Part shown: positions 15,574 to 20,000 of the stretch, piece by piece
Layout: each line of letters starts with the position of its first letter
Numbering within the stretch: the first letter of the stretch is position 1
Origin: an uncultured virus (IMG/VR IMGVR_UViG_3300021171_000137)
Taxonomy: Duplodnaviria > Heunggongvirae > Uroviricota > Caudoviricetes
Virus record (IMG/VR): IMGVR_UViG_3300021171_000137
Direction: 5' to 3' (one strand)
DNA length: 20,000 nucleotides
Position numbers and translations under genes: made by a program
Notes under the pieces: generated by a model
Told to the model about the DNA's origin: nothing
The model's database searches: none
The model's input: the letters and a program-made list of their open reading frames with translations, nothing else

Positions 15574-16681
15574 TCGGATCCTTCTTCTTCGGTTGTTCGG
15601 TCGATTCCTTCGGCTTGGGCGCATCGGCCGCCGGGGCGGGCGTAGGCGGGGCGGCCGGCTGCAAGGCATGAATCTTCTTCTTCTGATCTTCGGTCAGAGG
15701 TTTCCTCGATTCGGCCATCGCGATGACTTGCTGGGCGGATCGCTGGCGCTGTTGCAGCACTGGCGTCCACTTGACCAGTTCGGCTTCGAATTCCGCGGGC
15801 TCCCAAGTCGGAATCTCTTTTCCTTCTTTCTCCAGCGCGCGGTTTTCCATCACCTGTACCCAGCTTGCTTCGCCTTCGCTGATCGCCCCGAAGATCCCGC
15901 GCAGGCGCACCATTTCATCCGGGCTGCACTGGTCTAGCGGGTGTTCAAGGTATTCGACCAGCATGGTCGCGCTCACGCCGATTTCCGCGAATGAATCGAC
16001 GATCGCCTTGCGCGTCGCACTCGGATCCCTGGCCGCTTCGTCACGCCGGATCGCTTTGATGATCGCCTCGGCTTCATCCTGTATGTCGCCCGGGATGAGG
16101 CGCAAGCCTTGCGTGCGGATCGCCTTCGACAGATACGCGCCGCGCTTGTTCAGCATGTCGTCTTCCGTCGCCGGCACGGTGTAGGTCTTTTTGCCGCGGC
16201 TGTTGGTCCGTACCGACAGATACGACCCGTCATCCATGGGCTTCGCACGTTCGACCGTGCGCGGCACGACCACCTGAAGCGCGTACGGCACATTCGACTC
16301 GAAGTCCGTGATCGTGACTTGATGCACTTCCTGCAATTGATCCTGGAAGATCATTTCGGTTTCGCAGGACAGGTTCCGAATGCAGCGGATCGCCACTTCG
16401 ACGAACCGGATTCCCAAGCCTTCGACACCGTCGCCGATCGGCTTGTTATAGAACGCCGATTTGTTGTGAGCGAACCCTGGACGCTTGCATTCTTTCAGGA
16501 TGTCCGTGCGCACCTGATCCCAGTTACGCGGCCGATTCCAGGCCGCGATGTAGCGGGCTTCGACGGTCGCCTTGGCGCGCGCGGCCAGGGCGATGCCCAT
16601 CGGGGTCGATTCCGCGCCCTTGGTTTCACTGGCGCCGAATTCCTCGCGCACCGTGACTTCGTTTCCGACGATTGCCACCAT
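15560..16681 (-). CDS. Conserved phage protein, candidate single-strand annealing protein partnering YqaJ
   Basis: First gene of the operon (GAGGG SD), overlaps the exonuclease start. RPR...ECKRPGFA...Y.KP.G..VEGLGIRF.E and KAIR...LRLIPGD motifs; Pro/Lys-rich tail. Confidence 0.6.
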   Translation of the reverse strand: MVAIVGNEVTVREEFGASETKGAESTPMGIALAARAKATVEARYIAAWNRPRNWDQVRTDILKECKRPGFAHNKSAFYNKPIGDGVEGLGIRFVEVAIRCIRNLSCETEMIFQDQLQEVHQVTITDFESNVPYALQVVVPRTVERAKPMDDGSYLSVRTNSRGKKTYTVPATEDDMLNKRGAYLSKAIRTQGLRLIPGDIQDEAEAIIKAIRRDEAARDPSATRKAIVDSFAEIGVSATMLVEYLEHPLDQCSPDEMVRLRGIFGAISEGEASWVQVMENRALEKEGKEIPTWEPAEFEAELVKWTPVLQQRQRSAQQVIAMAESRKPLTEDQKKKIHALQPAAPPTPAPAADAPKPKESTEQPKKKDPNAPA

Positions 16682-16683
16682 GG

Positions 16684-16713
16684 TTGCTTTTCCCTCGCTA
16701 AAGTGATTACAAT
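16684..16713 (+). promoter_or_regulatory. Candidate divergent sigma70 promoter for the small HTH gene
   Basis: TTGCTT (16684-16689), 18 nt spacer, TACAAT (16708-16713). Confidence 0.45.
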
Positions 16714-16740
16714 CGTATCTAGTATGGTGACATCTGTCAA
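16712..16740 (-). promoter_or_regulatory. sigma70 promoter for the leftward early operon
   Basis: Minus strand TTGACA (16740-16735), 17 nt spacer, TACGAT (16717-16712); about 30 nt upstream of ATG 16681. Confidence 0.8.
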
Positions 16741-16882
16741 CGGGAAAGCAAAGCGCCGAGAGCGCAAACGCCGAATGGCGCGACTACGGGCGCTTGGGGT
16801 TCCGGACGCCGAAATCGGCAGGCGCGAAGGGCTCAGCCGGAATCGGGTGGGAGTGATACTTGGCCGGAAAAATGGGCGGTAG
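16724..16882 (+). CDS. Small basic HTH protein (Cro/repressor-like, 52 aa)
   Basis: MVTSVNGKAKRRERKRRMARLRALGVPDAEIGRREGLSRNRVGVILGRKNGR; the G...AEIG...GLSR.RV..IL pattern is a classic HTH. Confidence 0.7.
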   Translation: MVTSVNGKAKRRERKRRMARLRALGVPDAEIGRREGLSRNRVGVILGRKNGR

Positions 16883-17096
16883 GGGCGGAACGCTTAGTGC
16901 GCGGCGGATCCGTGCGATGTCGAAGCGACGGCAAATGATCGCAATCGATCGTGCGTTCGAAGCTATCGCAATGCGTTATATCGGCTGGCCGGTCAACGAA
17001 CAGACGCGTGACCACATACACGCGGACTTTACGGGCTGGCTGGTAAAGATGATTCGTTCAGAGCCGGCAGCAGATCCGCGTATCGACCAGCAGTGA
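16872..17096 (+). CDS. Hypothetical protein
   Basis: Overlaps the end of the HTH gene and fills the gap before the convergent gene. Confidence 0.45.
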   Translation: MGGRGGTLSARRIRAMSKRRQMIAIDRAFEAIAMRYIGWPVNEQTRDHIHADFTGWLVKMIRSEPAADPRIDQQ

Positions 17097-17654
17097 TTCC
17101 AGGCGCGGCGCGATGCTGTCGCTGAGCCTACCGAGGTCTTCCCTCACCCGCGCTAGGTAGCGCTCCACGGTGCGCTGTGGCACCGAGGCAATGCGCGAAA
17201 TTTCCCGCGCGGATTTTTCCGAAACTCCGAAGTAGCGCAGCGTGCCCAGCTTGATCAGAAACGGCCGGCTCGAGTGCGAGGCTAAGTGTTCGGCGCAGAT
17301 GCGCGCGCCCTCGATCCGGTGCCGGCCAGCCGCGTAGTCCGCCAGCACTAGGGCCAGCTCGATCCCGCGGAAATTCGTTTCGATGATGCGGCGGATCGCC
17401 GCTGACTGCTGATGCCATTCCTGGCTTGTGAGCATCACGCGGGCCCCGAAGGTCGGCGCGCCCGCGTAGCACTGGCTGAATGCGAGGATGGTCGACTCGC
17501 TCAGCCGAAATGAAAACATCAAAGCCGCCCGAACGTTAGAGAAGATCGGTTCGGGCGCCTGTCGCGCTAATGACGACCAGGCCCGGATCTGTGCATGTAG
17601 TCGGTCGGTTTCATGGCTGCTGTTCTTCGCTGCGCTGACTTGTTGTTCGAGCAT
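17058..17654 (-). CDS. Putative transcription regulator / Q-like antiterminator with C-terminal HTH
   Basis: F.NVRAAL.F.F N-terminal motif and C-terminal SAREISRIASVPQRTVERY HTH; last gene of a nin-like cluster. Confidence 0.55.
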   Translation of the reverse strand: MLEQQVSAAKNSSHETDRLHAQIRAWSSLARQAPEPIFSNVRAALMFSFRLSESTILAFSQCYAGAPTFGARVMLTSQEWHQQSAAIRRIIETNFRGIELALVLADYAAGRHRIEGARICAEHLASHSSRPFLIKLGTLRYFGVSEKSAREISRIASVPQRTVERYLARVREDLGRLSDSIAPRLESLLVDTRICCRL

Positions 17655-17982
17655 GGCCCGGCACCTGTCGCCAATGGGACCAGCGCTCCCTCATCTTGTT
17701 GAACACTTCGCTGATCACTTGCGCGAGCAAGGATAGCTCTGAACCATGCTGCAATTCGAACAGGCGCCGATTTTTATGGATACCGAGGTCCCCAGTGTGG
17801 TGCGGCTCGCAGAGCGGAAGGACCAGCATATGGGGGGCACGTTGACCACCGCCCTGCCCTTCGCGTATGTGATGTATCTGTGCCGGCGTCGCACCCCATC
17901 CAAGATTCCGGCACACGACGCACCCAAGGCTCTGCACAAGTGCCATCCACGCCTGCTCTAGTACAGTGGGTTCACGTTTCAT
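17611..17982 (-). CDS. Ref/DUF968-like HNH nuclease
   Basis: GCVVC...PAQIHHIR.GQG.GQRA.H..VLPLC..HH.G..GIH. Confidence 0.82.
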   Translation of the reverse strand: MKREPTVLEQAWMALVQSLGCVVCRNLGWGATPAQIHHIREGQGGGQRAPHMLVLPLCEPHHTGDLGIHKNRRLFELQHGSELSLLAQVISEVFNKMRERWSHWRQVPGHARTTSQRSEEQQP

Positions 17983-18040
17983 GGGGTGAGTTACCCGGGG
18001 GGATTAGATGCTTCCAGGTAGTTGGTACCAGTGATCCCCT

Positions 18041-18292
18041 TCAAATCCAGGTTTCGAACACGGCCGGATCATCGGCTTCAGCACGCGGAATACACACGAG
18101 GCCTTCGGGCACGCCGGCCCGCGCGTGGTCCAGGCTGTAACAAACGCACGCCTGGCCGTGTGGGCGCAGTTCGCCGCGCAACACGTCCCATCTACGCAAC
18201 ACCCACTTGCCGGGGTAGTCCAGCGGATCGCGGTAGATCGTCCAGGTCGACAGGACGCGGTCGGCTTCAGTCGGGATTTCGTTCGAAGCCAT
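18041..18292 (-). CDS. Hypothetical phage protein
   Basis: WTIY.DP.DYPGKWV.RRW...DDP...ETWI pattern; GGAAGG SD. Confidence 0.7.
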   Translation of the reverse strand: MASNEIPTEADRVLSTWTIYRDPLDYPGKWVLRRWDVLRGELRPHGQACVCYSLDHARAGVPEGLVCIPRAEADDPAVFETWI

Positions 18293-18797
18293 CAAGCACG
18301 CCTTCCATCATGTCGAACGGGTCTTGGCCTTTCAGGTGAGGCCAGAGGAACGGCGCGCAGTCGTTGCCCCGCAAAAAGTCCAGGACTTTTTCATGGACGG
18401 TGATGAATTCTTCTTCGTCGGCCTTGGAATAGCTGATCGACTTGGCCAGCGGTACGACTCCGCCTTTTGCGCCGGCTGCCCAGGTGACATGACCGGCGTT
18501 GATCAGCAGCCAATGGCGGAATTGTTCGAAGTCTGTGAACCGTTCCTGCGAGTCGTAGACGGCCGTGATCATCGCGAAGAATAGTCGATGGTGTTTGCCG
18601 TTGCGCAGGAAGCGCGTTTCGAACTCGAGGATTTCGCCTGGCTCGAGCTTTGCAATCCGGCGCCAAAAATGCCGCCACCCTCGCTTGTCATCTTGGCCCA
18701 GACCATCGACCATCCCGAACACGACATAGCGTGCGCGCTCAAGGTCGGCATCACTCGGCTTTGCTTTCTGATTTCTGAACAATGTCAGGCGCGCCAT
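18267..18797 (-). CDS. DUF1367 family protein (nin region)
   Basis: RN.KHHR.FFA...FEQFR.WL.I.AG...P..KSISY.K.DEEEF. Confidence 0.8.
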   Translation of the reverse strand: MARLTLFRNQKAKPSDADLERARYVVFGMVDGLGQDDKRGWRHFWRRIAKLEPGEILEFETRFLRNGKHHRLFFAMITAVYDSQERFTDFEQFRHWLLINAGHVTWAAGAKGGVVPLAKSISYSKADEEEFITVHEKVLDFLRGNDCAPFLWPHLKGQDPFDMMEGVLDGFERNPD

Positions 18798-19356
18798 CGC
18801 CGTCTGCCCGGAACCAATCGCGGATGTCCGCCTGTATTTCACCCCCGGTGACCATTGCGTGCAAGGCCCAGATCACGGTCGCATTGGCGTATGGCACGTT
18901 GGCGTTCGAGTCCTGGGCCAGCTCGCATTGCAGCGGCGTGTCGTCCATGTTGACGCAGGTCCGGCACGGTACCGGCCTCGCCGCGTACACGGAACAGCGT
19001 CCCTCTTTTAAGAATGGGCACGGGTGCTCATAGGAACGTTCGGCCAACCAGTAGACGCGGTCAACCGGCTGAAGTGGCTTCTGAAGCTTTCGGCCTGACG
19101 CGCGCGCCAGCAGTTCAGCTTCCGATTCAGATACCGGCACCGCCACGTAGCAGCAGTACGAGCAACTGTGCCGGCAGGCTGAATAAGGTTTCAGCTGGTC
19201 GCTGAACCTCGAGGCCAACTCGATCAGCTTGGCGAGGCGCTTTTGCTTGGTCTGGCCGGGCTTCTGAATCGACAGGGCCAGTGGATTTAGTGTTTCGCTG
19301 CCGCCGCGTTCCAGGTTGTAGCGCTTCGATGTTCGCATTGCCCTTCGCCTTGGCAT
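18751..19356 (-). CDS. YkgJ-family (CxxxCxxCC) Zn/Fe-chelating protein; start uncertain
   Basis: ACRHSCSYCC...V..SEA...CPFL..GRCSVY.ARP..CR. Confidence 0.82.
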   Translation of the reverse strand: MPRRRAMRTSKRYNLERGGSETLNPLALSIQKPGQTKQKRLAKLIELASRFSDQLKPYSACRHSCSYCCYVAVPVSESEAELLARASGRKLQKPLQPVDRVYWLAERSYEHPCPFLKEGRCSVYAARPVPCRTCVNMDDTPLQCELAQDSNANVPYANATVIWALHAMVTGGEIQADIRDWFRADGDGAPDIVQKSESKAE

Positions 19357-19392
19357 CGGGCCAGTGCGCGCGCTGGCGATCGGCCAGGTCGC

Positions 19393-19644
19393 TCATAGGT
19401 AGAGCGGTTTCCAGTATTCGTCCGTCCAATGATCATGATGAACGAACGAAACCGTGGCCCGGAAGCCCTCTTTATTGAATCGATGCTCGAAGCCATGGAC
19501 CCAAGCGACCGGCTCGCGTATCCGCCGTGCGCGGTCCTGCTCGATGGCGAGGCGTGCCCATTTTTCAAGATTCTTCCATTGCGCTTCAGAAAGGTGGCCG
19601 ATGCCGATCGGTAACGGCGGCAGTTCAAGCGTCGGCAGGTTCAT
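19393..19644 (-). CDS. Hypothetical protein
   Basis: ATGA-coupled start MNLPTLELPPLP; EPVAW motif typical of phage accessory proteins. Confidence 0.65.
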   Translation of the reverse strand: MNLPTLELPPLPIGIGHLSEAQWKNLEKWARLAIEQDRARRIREPVAWVHGFEHRFNKEGFRATVSFVHHDHWTDEYWKPLYL

Positions 19645-19835
19645 AGCTTTTTGGTGCGGAGAAGTTCGTCCAACTCTTTCTTGGACTGCGCGATCGCCAC
19701 CCAGCAAGCCGTCATCCCGGCTTCGTAGGCAACACGCATCGCGGAAATCGTGCCCGGATCCTCATCAACATCGAAGTCATCGCAGTATTTCGCGAACCAC
19801 GCTTCGAAACTGTACGGTGGCGGCGTTTCCGTCAC
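19641..19835 (-). CDS. Hypothetical protein
   Basis: GTGA overlap at 19832-19835 (alternative ATG 19865); FEAWF...AYEAG motif. Confidence 0.55.
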   Translation of the reverse strand: MTETPPPYSFEAWFAKYCDDFDVDEDPGTISAMRVAYEAGMTACWVAIAQSKKELDELLRTKKL

Positions 19836-19999
19836 GGCAGTTTTATTCGCCGATTCATCAGCCATTCGCTGCGGCCCCATCGGCGCTTGACCCATCTGGG
19901 TAGCTCCCACGCGCCTTGACGGGTGACCTTTGGGGAAAAACGGGTCATCACGTCGGCATGCAACATGGGCAACGGCCGGTTCTCGTCCCAAAGGTCGTG
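19832..19999 (-). CDS. 3' end of a gene running off the window
   Basis: Open frame HDLWDENRPLPMLHADVMTRFSPK...RRIKLP* ending in a GTGA overlap. Confidence 0.45.
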   Translation of the reverse strand, partial: HDLWDENRPLPMLHADVMTRFSPKVTRQGAWELPRWVKRRWGRSEWLMNRRIKLP

Positions 20000-20000
20000 C

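Noticed and set aside
16109..16723. Long N-terminal extension of the + strand HTH ORF (257 aa in the track)
   Set aside because: It is antisense to the candidate recombinase gene; only the last 52 codons look like a protein.
17983..18040. Intergenic GGGGAT...ATCCCC inverted repeat with G6 run
   Set aside because: The stem is short with a large loop and no U-tract; too weak to call a terminator or phase-variable tract.

Overview
GC-rich segment of a tailed (myovirus-like) phage or prophage, probably infecting a Gram-negative proteobacterium. Bases 1-5988 (+ strand) are the end of the late region. They hold a DUF2612-type baseplate gene with an extra N-terminal module, a tail fibre, small ORFs, a GH73 endolysin and a holin-like gene. 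They also hold two apparently complete two-component spanin pairs, one overlapped and one embedded. Bases 5960-16681 (- strand) are a long, tightly coupled early operon with a candidate single-strand annealing protein, a YqaJ exonuclease, a HerA/DUF87-like ATPase with duplicated C-terminal wHTH-like repeats, a RusA-like resolvase and many small hypotheticals. A near-consensus sigma70 promoter at about 16712-16740 drives it and overlaps a candidate divergent promoter for a tiny HTH gene. Bases 17058-20000 (- strand) form a nin-like region: Q-like regulator, Ref/DUF968-like HNH nuclease, DUF1367 protein and YkgJ-like Cys-cluster protein. I saw no integrase, tRNA, CRISPR array or reverse transcriptase. 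All family calls come from motif recognition by eye, not database searches.
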